64,000 nt of DNA, taken from assembly GCA_028286685.1 (NCBI GenBank), contig JAQBRA010000002.1, positions 1,073 through 65,072 on the forward strand, read 5' to 3'. Shown here in pieces: positions 16,927 to 26,125 of this stretch (position 1 is its first letter; each line of letters begins with the position of its first letter). The notes under the pieces are model-generated. The model saw only the letters and a list, made by a program, of their open reading frames with translations, searched no databases and was not told the origin of the DNA. The translations under genes were made by a program, and so were the position numbers. Source of the stretch: Candidatus Adlerbacteria bacterium (lineage in GTDB: Bacteria > Patescibacteriota > Minisyncoccia > Phycocordibacterales > SBAW01).

Positions 16927-17436
16927 CTAGTTTATCTTGTCGCCGTAATCGAGGTCGTGCTGGGCGTAGCGATGGCGCAGCATGGCCTCGTCGCCGTACT
17001 TGGCAAACGACTGCTCGAAGGGCGACGGCATAAAGCCGCGTTCCTCCAGGTGCGCGATGGCGCAGAAGTAGTTTTGCGTGCGCCCGGCCACGACCGAGGC
17101 GTAGTGCAGCCAGCCGTTTACGTAGCCGCAGTACATGCAGCCGATCTTCTCGTACCAGGTCAGATACGGCAGCCTGGCGCGATCGACAATGCGTATATAG
17201 TGGCTGCGCTTAACCTTGCGGATGCCAAACAGCGGGAAAGCAATTTGATGATAGAGCTCCAAGAAAATGTCTGAGATGACGACCGGCACGAGCATGAGCC
17301 AAACCAGGGGCGCGCCCACCAGGTAGCGCAAAAACTGCGGATATTTGGACTTTGTGTGGGTAATTATCGGTTTAGTCATACTTAAGTTATCCCCAGCGTT
17401 ATCCCCTTTTATGCCATTTTGGGGTGAATTGGTCAA
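16927..17436 (-). CDS. hypothetical membrane protein
   Basis: Two TM helices (LVGAPLVWLMLVPVVISDIFLEL). The start may instead be the internal Met MTKPII at about 17379. Confidence 0.4.
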   Translation of the reverse strand: MTNSPQNGIKGDNAGDNLSMTKPIITHTKSKYPQFLRYLVGAPLVWLMLVPVVISDIFLELYHQIAFPLFGIRKVKRSHYIRIVDRARLPYLTWYEKIGCMYCGYVNGWLHYASVVAGRTQNYFCAIAHLEERGFMPSPFEQSFAKYGDEAMLRHRYAQHDLDYGDKIN

Positions 17437-17447
17437 AATGCTATACT
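17407..17447 (+). promoter_or_regulatory. candidate plus-strand promoter (TTGGGG-17-TGcTATACT) with no downstream plus-strand CDS
   Basis: Extended -10 TGCTATACT. Both flanking genes are on the minus strand. Confidence 0.3.
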
Positions 17448-17454
17448 GGTGGAA

Positions 17455-17695
17455 GTAGGTAGGTCAGGAAGCATAGAGGCTTCTACTGATCCTAAAGCGA
17501 CATTGGTTGATCCATTTGATCGCATATTGTGTGGGGCGACCCACTTACCGGGCATGGGCTTACGCCGAGCGATTTCGGATCGAGGGCTGAGGAGTTGCTG
17601 GAGAGTACGCAACATTCTCCACTCAGGCACCAACATTCACTTACCGTTCGGACCCGCCTCCCAAACTCCAGCTTCGGCTCGGAGTTTTTGTATTT
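17455..17695 (+). ncRNA. candidate small RNA of about 240 nt, bounded by a promoter-like element and an intrinsic terminator
   Basis: A plus-strand terminator CTCCAGC-TTCG-GCTCGGAG plus TTTTTGTATTTTT sits at 17660-17695. The region has no credible plus-strand ORF and is internally hairpin-rich. Its family is unassigned. Confidence 0.3.
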
Positions 17696-20167
17696 TTACA
17701 AGCAAACGAAGGAGGCAATTGCGTCGCCTTCGCGGAGTTTCATCACGCGGACGCCTTGGGTGCTGCGGGAGAGGGACGGGATTTCTTTAAGCGCGGTGCG
17801 AATGACCTGACCCTTCTTGGAGACGACAACGATCTCGTCCTCGCCTACGCCTTCTTCTTTTGAAATTACTTTAGACGCAATCAGCGAGCCGGTCTTGGGG
17901 GTCGTATTCATGGTCTTGATGCCCGAGCCGCCGCGGTTCTGGTTCTTGTACTCGTCCACCGAGGTGGTCTTGCCGTAGCCGTTCTTGGACAACACCAGAA
18001 CCTCGAGGTTCTTCATCCCCTTCTTGATAACGTCGGCACCCACGATAATGTCGCCGGCCCCCAGCTTCATACCGCGCACGCCGCCGGCACCGCGGCCCAT
18101 GGCGCGGATGTCGCCCTCCTTAAAGCGGATCGATTGGCCCTTGGCGGTCGAGAGGAAGATCTCGTCGCCCTTCTCTACCAGGAGCGCGGCAATAAGCTCG
18201 TCGCCCTTCTGGAGCTTGATAGCAATAAGGCCCGAGCGGCGCACGTCATGGAAGGCGGTGGCGTCTACCTTCTTGGCAACGCCTTCTTTGGTGATCATGT
18301 ACAAAAACTTCTCGCCCTCCTTCTGGTTCTTGCGCATCGGCAGCACGCTCGATACTTTTTCTGAGTCGGTAAGCTGCAGGAAGTTGACCAGGGCCTTGCC
18401 CTTGGTCGAGCGCTTGCCTTCAGGAATTTCGTAGAACTTGAGCTGGAAGGCGCGGCCTGCGTCGGTAAAGAACAAAAGGTCGCTATGGGTCGAGGTGGTC
18501 AGGAAGGTAGTAACGAAGTCCTCCTCTTTAGTATCAAGGTCGATAACGCCAACGCCGCCGCGCTTCTGCTGCTTGTATTCGTCGGGGTTGGTGCGCTTAA
18601 CGTAGCCGCCTGCAGTCAATACCAAAACCTGCTCCTCGTCGGGCACGAGATCCTCGACATTGATAACGCCGGCGGCGCCTTTCATCACCTTGGTGTTGCG
18701 GTCGTCGCTAAAGCGGCGGGTAAGCTCCTCGATCTCATGCTTAATAAGCGCGAGCATCTTCTTGTCGCTGCCCAAGAGCGCGGTCAGCTCGGCAATAAGC
18801 GCCTGGACCTCTGCAAGCTCGTCCATGACCTTCTGGCGCTCGAGGTTAGCAAGGCGCGAAAGACGCATCTCCAAAATGGCAGTGGCCTGCAAGTCGCTGA
18901 ACTTGTACTTCTTAACGATGTTGGCATGCGCCTCCGGCACATCTTTGGAGGCGCGGATGGTCTTGATGAGCTCATCAATTATGTCGAGCGCCTTGGCGAG
19001 GCCGAGCAAGATGTGCTCGCGGTCCTGCGCCTTGGTGAGATCAAACAGCGTGCGGCGGCGCACGACCTCGCGGCGGTGCTTAATAAACTCCTCGAGGATG
19101 CCTTTGAGTGAAATGGTCTGCGGCACGCCGTCGACAAGCACAACCATGTTGAAATGGAACGTGTCCTCAAGCGCGGTGTGCTTGTAGAGGAAGTTGAGGA
19201 CCTTCTGCGGATGCGCGCCCTGTTTGAGGTCGATAACGACGCGGATGTCCTTGGACGATTCGTCGCGCAGGCCGCGCACGCCCTCAAGCTTCTTGTCGCG
19301 GACCAGGTCGGCGATGCGCATGATGAGGTCGGCCTTGTTGACGCGGTACGGAATGGAGGTAATGACGATCTGGAAGTCGCCCTTCTTGCCTTCTACAATT
19401 TCTGCCACGCCGCGCACGACTACGCCGCCCTTGCCGGTGCTGTAGGCATGCAAAAGCGCTTTCTTATCAAATGCCACGGCGCCCGTCGGGAAGTCCGGGC
19501 CGGTAATAAACTCCATGAGGTCCTCGACGGTTGCGTCCGGGTTTTCTATCAAATGCGTCAAAGCGCCGGAGACCTCGCCCAAGTTGTGCGGCGGAATAGA
19601 GGTTGCCATACCGACGGCGATACCGAGCGTGCCGTTAAGCAGAATGTTGGGCATGCCGGCAGGCAGCACCGTCGGCTCCTTGATAGTGCCATCGTAGTTG
19701 GGGCGCCACTCCACAGTGTCTTTATCAAGGTCGTTTAAGAGCGCCTCGGCTACGCGCGACATTTTCGCCTCGGTGTAGCGGTAGGCGGCGGCCGAGTCGC
19801 CGTCGATGGAGCCGAAGTTACCCTGGCCCAAAATGAGCGGGTAGCGCATAGAGAAGTCTTGCGTCATCTTGACCATCGCGTCGTACACCGACTGGTCGCC
19901 GTGCGGGTGGTATTTACCCAGTACGTCTCCCACGATAGTTGCCGACTTGCGGAAGCGCGCGCCCGGGGTAAGCCCCTGGCGATGCATGGTGTAGAGAATG
20001 CGGCGGTGCACCGGCTTGAGACCGTCGCGCACATCGGGCAGGGCGCGGTCGGTAATGACCGACATGGCGTAGTCGATAAAGCTCTCGCGCATTTCAGCGG
20101 AGATGCTGCGGCCGACGATGCCCGTGCCGCCCTGTTCTTTTGTCTTGTTTTCTTCCTTGTCTGCCAT
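17696..20167 (-). CDS. gyrA: DNA gyrase subunit A
   Basis: N-terminus [30 protein letters not shown] with the active-site Tyr region. C-terminal beta-pinwheel repeats. 823 aa. Confidence 0.92.
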   Translation of the reverse strand: MADKEENKTKEQGGTGIVGRSISAEMRESFIDYAMSVITDRALPDVRDGLKPVHRRILYTMHRQGLTPGARFRKSATIVGDVLGKYHPHGDQSVYDAMVKMTQDFSMRYPLILGQGNFGSIDGDSAAAYRYTEAKMSRVAEALLNDLDKDTVEWRPNYDGTIKEPTVLPAGMPNILLNGTLGIAVGMATSIPPHNLGEVSGALTHLIENPDATVEDLMEFITGPDFPTGAVAFDKKALLHAYSTGKGGVVVRGVAEIVEGKKGDFQIVITSIPYRVNKADLIMRIADLVRDKKLEGVRGLRDESSKDIRVVIDLKQGAHPQKVLNFLYKHTALEDTFHFNMVVLVDGVPQTISLKGILEEFIKHRREVVRRRTLFDLTKAQDREHILLGLAKALDIIDELIKTIRASKDVPEAHANIVKKYKFSDLQATAILEMRLSRLANLERQKVMDELAEVQALIAELTALLGSDKKMLALIKHEIEELTRRFSDDRNTKVMKGAAGVINVEDLVPDEEQVLVLTAGGYVKRTNPDEYKQQKRGGVGVIDLDTKEEDFVTTFLTTSTHSDLLFFTDAGRAFQLKFYEIPEGKRSTKGKALVNFLQLTDSEKVSSVLPMRKNQKEGEKFLYMITKEGVAKKVDATAFHDVRRSGLIAIKLQKGDELIAALLVEKGDEIFLSTAKGQSIRFKEGDIRAMGRGAGGVRGMKLGAGDIIVGADVIKKGMKNLEVLVLSKNGYGKTTSVDEYKNQNRGGSGIKTMNTTPKTGSLIASKVISKEEGVGEDEIVVVSKKGQVIRTALKEIPSLSRSTQGVRVMKLREGDAIASFVCL

Positions 20168-20168
20168 A

Positions 20169-20420
20169 CTAGAATCCTGAAGTCGGGGCCGGTATTAACT
20201 GGTTGGGCCCATTGTAGCCGCTTTGCGCCGCCGCCGCAGTAAGCGACGTCTGGTTAGTATCGTCTTGCGCCAGCTGCGTCTCGTCGGAGGAAAGGCGGAA
20301 GCCCAGCGTCGTAATCCAGATAGCAAAGACCCCCGCCGTAACGACGCCCGCGATCTGCATCGCATGCTGGCGGCGCTCGTGGGGCTCTTTGGTCTTTATG
20401 TGATCGAGATACTTCTTCAT
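20169..20420 (-). CDS. small membrane protein (hypothetical) upstream of gyrA
   Basis: Single TM helix [19 protein letters not shown]. The start was set at the internal Met (MKKYL). Confidence 0.35.
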   Translation of the reverse strand: MKKYLDHIKTKEPHERRQHAMQIAGVVTAGVFAIWITTLGFRLSSDETQLAQDDTNQTSLTAAAAQSGYNGPNQLIPAPTSGF

Positions 20421-20427
20421 ATCTATA

Positions 20428-21048
20428 TTATGCGCCCAAAACGACGACTTCGGCCTCTTTGCCCTCAAGGTCCTTGCGCTTGACGGTCAGTTTTTCCTCG
20501 GCCTTTGTGCCCTCGGCACCCGCCTCCTTAAGGAATGATTTGAGCGCGGCCGCATCGTAGTGCATGGGCACGATTACCTTGGGGCCGAGCTGCACGGCCA
20601 GCTTATAGGCCGCCGCATGATCAAGCACTTCGCCGCCGCCGACCGGTATAAACAGTATATCGACTTCATCAACTTCTTGCTTGGCAGCCGCGGGCAGCTC
20701 GGCCGAGCCCATGGCGCCCAAAAAGCACAGGTTCATGCCCTCGAGCGATATAGAGTAGATAGTATTGATAGTCGCCTGCTTGTCGTAGGTCGTAGGCGCA
20801 CCAAAGCCACGCACTGCTACGCCCTTAACCTCATACTCGCCCGCGCCGCTTATAACGAACGGCTGGCGCTCGCCGAAGGAGGCGTTTTCGGTGCCATTGA
20901 AGTCTTCATGCGGCAAAGAGACAAGGGCGATGTCAGCGCCAAACTTAGAGGTGGCAAGCTTGGAGGATTTGCCGGGCGGGTTGATAGCGATAGTCAGATC
21001 GCCAAAGGTAACCTTAAAGCACTCGCCGCCCAGGTAGCTGATAACCAT
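20428..21048 (-). CDS. MBL-fold metallo-hydrolase family protein
   Basis: Beta-lactamase-fold pattern (ADIALVSLPHEDF ... FIPVGGG). 206 aa. Confidence 0.5.
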   Translation of the reverse strand: MVISYLGGECFKVTFGDLTIAINPPGKSSKLATSKFGADIALVSLPHEDFNGTENASFGERQPFVISGAGEYEVKGVAVRGFGAPTTYDKQATINTIYSISLEGMNLCFLGAMGSAELPAAAKQEVDEVDILFIPVGGGEVLDHAAAYKLAVQLGPKVIVPMHYDAAALKSFLKEAGAEGTKAEEKLTVKRKDLEGKEAEVVVLGA

Positions 21049-21233
21049 GCCTCCATTTTAACATATTTATGAACGCTTTTCCATAAATCGGCTTCTATCT
21101 ACTTGACATCTTCATATCGGAAGTTTATATTGCCTATACATGTTCGCCTGACGCGGACGCCCTCAAAAGGCGCCCTTTTTGTTCCCCAGGGGGCAGAGTC
21201 AGGATGAGGACGTGCAGCACACAGGAGACGACA

Positions 21234-21401
21234 ATGGGTCAAAACAACAAGCCGGGTCAGGGTCAGAAGGATCAGGACCAGCAGGGCGGCCAAAGCGGCC
21301 AGAAGCCCGGCCAGCAGAGCCAGCAGCCCGGCCAAGGCGGCCAGCAGCAGGGCGGCGCCCACAAGCCCGGCACCCAGCCCGGCAAGGGCTCGCAGCGCTA
21401 A
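21234..21401 (+). CDS. small Gln/Gly-rich low-complexity protein (KGG/YciG-like stress-protein style)
   Basis: MGQNNKPGQGQKDQDQQGGQSGQKPGQQSQQPGQGGQQQGG... An AGGAGA Shine-Dalgarno sits 5 nt upstream. Confidence 0.4.
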   Translation: MGQNNKPGQGQKDQDQQGGQSGQKPGQQSQQPGQGGQQQGGAHKPGTQPGKGSQR

Positions 21402-21671
21402 CGCGCGATCGGCCCACATCCTCGGCGGCGCCGGCGCGCCGTCGAGGACAACCCGGAGGAGTTCCATGAGCATCAAACCAATGCATGGCTTGGGAATTCC
21501 TCAAGCCTTGCAGCAACACGGTGCGGGACCTAAATCCCCGCCTGAACCAAGCGTACTTGGAGTAGTCGGATTCGGGCAACCGATTCCGCCGCTTCAAGGC
21601 GTCACGCCGTCTCTAAAGATCCAAGTCTCTGGGAGGAGAACGCAGAAGCGCCTTTAAGGCGCTCGCAGAAG

Positions 21672-21719
21672 CCCGGTTCGCGCAGCACCATTCAGGTGTT
21701 GAGCGAACCGGCTTTTTTA
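21672..21719 (+). terminator. intrinsic terminator
   Basis: GCCGGTTCGC...GCGAACCGGC followed by TTTTTTAT. Confidence 0.55.
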
Positions 21720-21849
21720 TTGCCCTAATTTGCAAAAAGGCCCCTTTCGGGCTATAGTCTGAGCCAATAGAGGGAGTCTCTATTATTAGAAACAGCGCGT
21801 AGGAGTAAAGCCAGATCTTGGCCCCCTACCGTACAAATCAATAAATATT

Positions 21850-22944
21850 ATGGAATCTAACCTTACCGAGGAGAACTTGCCCGCATCCGTGATGGCCATG
21901 TTTGCCGAGCAGGCACACATGCCGCCCAAGGCTGGCGATATTATCGAGGGCACCGTGCTCTCTTTGGACCGCGCCCGCCTCTACGTCGACCTGCCGCCTT
22001 TCGGCACCGGCGTTATTTACGGCCGCGAGTACATGAACGCGCGCGAGGTCATCAAGCGCACCAACGTCGGCGACAAGATCAGCGCCAAAGTCATTTCCAC
22101 CAACACCAAGGACGGCTACATCGAGCTTTCCCTTAAGGAGGCGCGCCAGGCCGCTGCCTGGGCCGAGGCCGAGGATATGGTCAAGAACAAGACCATGCTC
22201 GAGCTTACCGTTAAGGAGGCCAACAAGGGCGGACTCATCATGGAGTGGCAGGGTATTGCCGGATTCCTCCCCGCATCCCAGCTCAAGGCAGAACACTACC
22301 CGCGCGTCAGCGACGGCGACAAGGACCGCATTCTTGATGAGCTGCGCAAGCTCGTGGGCACCAAGCTCCCGGTCTCGATAATCGGCGCACAGCCGAAGGA
22401 GGGCAAGCTCATCTTCAGCGAGAAGGGCGCAGACGATAAGGAGAAGAAGGAGCTCATCGCCAACTACGCCGTGGGCGACGCCGTTAACGGCGAGGTTACC
22501 GGCATGGTGGACTTCGGCGTCTTCGTGAAGCTCGAGGAGGGCCTCGAGGGCCTGGTCCATATTTCCGAGATCGACTGGGGCCTGGTAGACGATCCGCGCC
22601 ACTTCTTCAAGGTCGGCGACAAGGTCCGCGTGAAGATCATCGATATCAAGGACGGCAAAGTGTCCCTCTCAGTGAAGGCGCTCAAGGAGAACCCTTGGGA
22701 GGCTGCCAAGGGCCGCTACAACAAGGGCGACAAGGTTGAGGGCGTGGTCATCAAGTTCAACAAGCACGGCGCACTCGCCTCTATCGAGGAAGGCATTGCC
22801 GGCCTGGTGCACGTCTCCGAGTTCGGCACCGAGGAGAAGCTCCGCGGTAGCTTGGAGCTCGGCAAGCGCTACCCCTTCACCATTTCCCTCTTCGAGCCGA
22901 AGGATATGCGCATGGCATTGAATTTCGCAGGGGATAAGAAGTAA
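21850..22944 (+). CDS. rpsA: 30S ribosomal protein S1 (short form with four S1 domains)
   Basis: Repeated S1 domains (GDIIEGTV..., VGDAVNGEVTGMVDFGVFV..., KGDKVEGVVIKFNKHGALA...). Confidence 0.85.
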   Translation: MESNLTEENLPASVMAMFAEQAHMPPKAGDIIEGTVLSLDRARLYVDLPPFGTGVIYGREYMNAREVIKRTNVGDKISAKVISTNTKDGYIELSLKEARQAAAWAEAEDMVKNKTMLELTVKEANKGGLIMEWQGIAGFLPASQLKAEHYPRVSDGDKDRILDELRKLVGTKLPVSIIGAQPKEGKLIFSEKGADDKEKKELIANYAVGDAVNGEVTGMVDFGVFVKLEEGLEGLVHISEIDWGLVDDPRHFFKVGDKVRVKIIDIKDGKVSLSVKALKENPWEAAKGRYNKGDKVEGVVIKFNKHGALASIEEGIAGLVHVSEFGTEEKLRGSLELGKRYPFTISLFEPKDMRMALNFAGDKK

Positions 22945-22970
22945 ATCCTGCCGATATCCGCGCAAACAAG

Positions 22971-23002
22971 AAACCGCCTCTCAATTAAGAGAGGCGGTTT
23001 TG
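22971..23002. terminator. bidirectional terminator hairpin between rpsA and the receiver-domain gene
   Basis: AAACCGCCTCTC-aatta-AGAGAGGCGGTTTT. Confidence 0.55.
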
Positions 23003-23353
23003 CATCAGATTCTTAAGCAGGGCATTGAACTGCTCCCTTGAAATGAACTTGCCCAAAAATAAGTGCGCCCCGCGCTCTTTTGCCTCCTGCTGCACGGCAG
23101 GTATGCCATGTCGCGATATGACAACGATTGCGGGTGTGCCGCAGCGCTTGCGGATAGTGTCGATGAGCACGAAGCCCTCCTCTGCCTGGCTGCTTAGGCC
23201 CAAGAGCAGCACCAAGTCGAACTCCTCGGCTACCTCGACAAGACCCGAAGCACTAACAGTCGAGACAGAGATACATCCGGTCGTAACCAGCTTGCTTTCC
23301 CAGTCCACAGCCTCGATAGAGGTTGCCGTGTGGTTTACGACGAGCGCTCGCAT
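22985..23353 (-). CDS. single-domain response-regulator receiver (CheY-like) protein, probably a pseudo-receiver
   Basis: The receiver fold is recognisable (IVVISRHG, LGKF). However, the acidic pocket DD is replaced by NH, and the phospho-acceptor site reads DLVLLL instead of DLVLLD. Confidence 0.5.
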   Translation of the reverse strand: MRALVVNHTATSIEAVDWESKLVTTGCISVSTVSASGLVEVAEEFDLVLLLGLSSQAEEGFVLIDTIRKRCGTPAIVVISRHGIPAVQQEAKERGAHLFLGKFISREQFNALLKNLMQNRLS

Positions 23354-23414
23354 GGGACGCCTCCTTTGTACTTTGCCCCACTATACGGCATGAGCACCCC
23401 TTGCGCAAAAATTA

Positions 23415-23945
23415 CTACCGCGCATTTATTGCGGTCATTGCGGCTTGGACGCCGTCTTCCAAAACTATTTCCAGCGCCTCCTGCACTATCTTTTTAACTT
23501 TTTTGAGCTTCTCCGCATCGAGAGGCTTGAATTTGCCCAAGACAAAGTCGGTAATCTTCTCGGGCGCGGGCCGCTTGAGCAATCCCTTTGGGGTGGCGCC
23601 CGATATGCCGATGCGGATGCGCACGTAGTCTTTGGTCTTAAGGGCCTTTTCTATCGACTTAACCCCGTTGTGGCCGCCGGCGCTCGAGCCGAAGGAGACT
23701 TTGACGCGGCCCAAGGGCAGATCGAGCTCGTCATGGAGCACGATAAGCTTTTCTGCAGCTTTTTTGCTCGCAATCAGCTTCTTTATGGGGCCGCCCGAGT
23801 TGTTCATATACACGTTAAGCTCGGCGACCTTCGCTTTTTTGGGCAGCTTGTCCTTAAGCGCAGCCAGAAGGTCCTTGCCGACGTTGTGCCGGGTGCCAAT
23901 GTATTCCTTATCAGGGTTCCCGAGCCCCACTACTATCCAAGACAT
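23415..23945 (-). CDS. pth: peptidyl-tRNA hydrolase
   Basis: MSWIVVGLGNPDKEYIGTRHNVG ... with the catalytic His region. The start was set at the internal Met. Confidence 0.85.
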   Translation of the reverse strand: MSWIVVGLGNPDKEYIGTRHNVGKDLLAALKDKLPKKAKVAELNVYMNNSGGPIKKLIASKKAAEKLIVLHDELDLPLGRVKVSFGSSAGGHNGVKSIEKALKTKDYVRIRIGISGATPKGLLKRPAPEKITDFVLGKFKPLDAEKLKKVKKIVQEALEIVLEDGVQAAMTAINAR

Positions 23946-24105
23946 GCAGGCACTATACCACGCAGGCAAAAAACAATAGAAAAATAGTCTGGCCCGAGAG
24001 GGCTCAGAGCCCGATACGGGAGACCCGAGGACTTTTTTCTATTGTTTTTCTGCCGGAGATGTTAAAAAAGCTTGCACTGTTTGCAAAGAGGTATAAACTA
24101 ATGCC

Positions 24106-24663
24106 ATGCCACAGGAGAACAGTGATTCTTTTTTCACCGAACTCCTCAAATTCGTAGTAGTCGCGGCCGTCATCGTGCTCCCGGTGCGCCTTTTTGTCGC
24201 GCAACCGTTCATTGTCTCCGGCGAGAGCATGGATCCGACGTTTAAGAACGGGCAATACCTCATTGTCGACGAGCTTACCTACCGCCTGGAGGACCCCAAG
24301 CGCGGCGACGTGGTTATTTTCCGCTACCCGCGCAACCCTTCCGAGTTCTTTATCAAGCGCATTATCGGACTCCCGGGCGAAACCGTTACGATCCAGGACG
24401 GCACCGTATCGGTAATGGGCGCGGACGGCAGCGCGGTCGCACTCAACGAGCCGTACGTAAAAAACATCGGCAACGGCCGCGACTCATCGTATCCGCTCGG
24501 CGCAGACGAATACTTTGTTATGGGCGACAATCGTCCCGAAAGCTCCGACTCCCGCATTTGGGGCGTACTTCCCCGCGAAAATATGATAGGACGCGCCCTG
24601 GTACGGCTTTTGCCCGTCGGGGACGCAGGCGTCTTCCCCGGCTCGGCTACGTACTCTCAGTAA
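24106..24663 (+). CDS. lepB: signal peptidase I
   Basis: VSGESMDPTFKNGQYLIV (Ser box), GDNRPESSDSRIWG box, N-terminal TM helix. Confidence 0.85.
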   Translation: MPQENSDSFFTELLKFVVVAAVIVLPVRLFVAQPFIVSGESMDPTFKNGQYLIVDELTYRLEDPKRGDVVIFRYPRNPSEFFIKRIIGLPGETVTIQDGTVSVMGADGSAVALNEPYVKNIGNGRDSSYPLGADEYFVMGDNRPESSDSRIWGVLPRENMIGRALVRLLPVGDAGVFPGSATYSQ

Positions 24664-24664
24664 T

Positions 24665-25807
24665 ATGAGCGCCCCCCAGAAATCCTCCCCGGCCAGCTTC
24701 CTTAAATTGTCCCAGGACGTTGCCTCCTTTTACGGCTTCCGGCCGCTGCGCGAGATAGAAAAGAGCCTTGCCCCCGGCATCTACAAGCGCGGGGCGCACA
24801 ACTTTTCCTCCGCCTCGACCGCGCTGGCGCACAGCTCCGGCGGCGTGCTCCCGGAGCCGGTCATGGCCTACTATGCCAGCGCCTCCCCCTTGCATGTGCC
24901 CGGGGGTTGGCCCGCGCGCGAGGTGGGCGAGTTCGGCTTGCAGGTGGCGGGCGCCAAAGAGAGCGTCGGCGAAGTGTTCCTGCTCAAGACGGTCGCCACT
25001 ATTTTAAGCGAGTGGGGCGGCACCATGACCCGGGTGCGCATCAATGCGCTCGGCGACCGGGACTCCCGGCAACGCTTTGCGCGCGAACTTTCAAGCTACC
25101 TGCGCCGCCAGTCGCACAACCTGTCGCCCGAGTGCCGCGACAAGGCGCCTGAAGACCCTATGGCAGTGTTTGCCTGCGCCGACGAGGCATGCCGCGCGGC
25201 GCTCGAGTCCGGTCCACGCGCGATGAACTTCTTATCGGAGAAGAGCCGCGCCCATTTCCGCGAGGTCTTGGAGCACTTGGAGCACTTGGGGCTCCCCTAC
25301 GAGCTTGATGACATGCTGATGGGCGACGAGCGCGAGCCGCGCGTGGCGTTTGCTATCGACCTCAATGAAGACGCCACGGTCCTGGGCTCTATCGGCGGAC
25401 GCTTTGATGACCATGTCCGCCGGCTCACCGGCCACAAGGAGGCTACGGCAGTCCACGCCAGCCTGTTTTTCCGCAAGAAAGGCCTTACCGCTTCAAACTT
25501 CCAGCTCGAGAGCCCCACAGGGCGGCCCCGCATCTACTTTGTCCAGCTGGGCATGCGCGCCAAGCTGCGTTCGCTCGAGGTAAGCGACATATTGCGCGTA
25601 GCCCGCATCCCGGTCCTGCAATCCTTCGACTCGTCCCGCCTTTCCCCGCAGCTCTTGGCCGCAACTGCGGCAGGAGTCTCCCACCTTATTATTATGGGCC
25701 AGCGCGAGGCTCTGGACGGCACGGTTATCGTCCGCGCGGCCGACAATAGTGCCCAGACGACGCTCGGCCTCTCCCAGCTCCCCCGCTATTTAAAGGCCCT
25801 GCACTAG
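24665..25807 (+). CDS. class II aaRS-like protein of HisRS/HisZ type with a degenerate motif 2 and a C-terminal anticodon-binding-like domain
   Basis: The N-terminus YGFRPLREIE is HisRS-like. The motif 2 region REVGEFGLQVAG lacks the catalytic Arg residues. A GGRFDD motif 3-like block is present. A C-terminal alpha/beta domain resembles the HGPT anticodon-binding domain. Confidence 0.45.
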   Translation: MSAPQKSSPASFLKLSQDVASFYGFRPLREIEKSLAPGIYKRGAHNFSSASTALAHSSGGVLPEPVMAYYASASPLHVPGGWPAREVGEFGLQVAGAKESVGEVFLLKTVATILSEWGGTMTRVRINALGDRDSRQRFARELSSYLRRQSHNLSPECRDKAPEDPMAVFACADEACRAALESGPRAMNFLSEKSRAHFREVLEHLEHLGLPYELDDMLMGDEREPRVAFAIDLNEDATVLGSIGGRFDDHVRRLTGHKEATAVHASLFFRKKGLTASNFQLESPTGRPRIYFVQLGMRAKLRSLEVSDILRVARIPVLQSFDSSRLSPQLLAATAAGVSHLIIMGQREALDGTVIVRAADNSAQTTLGLSQLPRYLKALH

Positions 25808-25859
25808 GGCCCAGGGGCAGTTGCAGCCCGTCCTTACCCGTGTTATATTTTCCCCACAC

Positions 25860-26117
25860 ATGGCAACCAACGCAGAGGTAAAAAAGAACGACAACGAGAA
25901 CGCGATAAACCTTATCCGCCGCTTTAGTAAGCGCGTCCAGGGAACGGGCCTTATCCAGGCTACCCGCAAGCGCCGCTACTTTGCCCGCGCAAAGTCCAAG
26001 CTGGTTACCCGCAAGGGCGCCCTTAAGCGCATGGCCCGCCGCGAGGAGGTAACCGAGCTCATCAAGCTCGGCAAGATGGAGGCCCGCGTCCCGGGCCAGC
26101 GCTTCCGCCGCAAGTAA
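25860..26117 (+). CDS. rpsU: 30S ribosomal protein S21
   Basis: INLIRRFSKRVQGTGLIQATRKRRYFARAKSK... The start was set at the internal Met (MATNAEV). Confidence 0.7.
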   Translation: MATNAEVKKNDNENAINLIRRFSKRVQGTGLIQATRKRRYFARAKSKLVTRKGALKRMARREEVTELIKLGKMEARVPGQRFRRK

Positions 26118-26125
26118 ATCTCCGC

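Noticed and set aside
21099-21597. Overlapping ORFs around the Q/G-rich small gene (21099..21476 minus, 21179..21469 plus, 21199..21597 minus)
   Set aside because: These are alternative frames of the same low-complexity GC-rich repeat (CAG/CCG/GGC). Only the frame with a Shine-Dalgarno and a simple Q/G composition was kept, and that with modest confidence.
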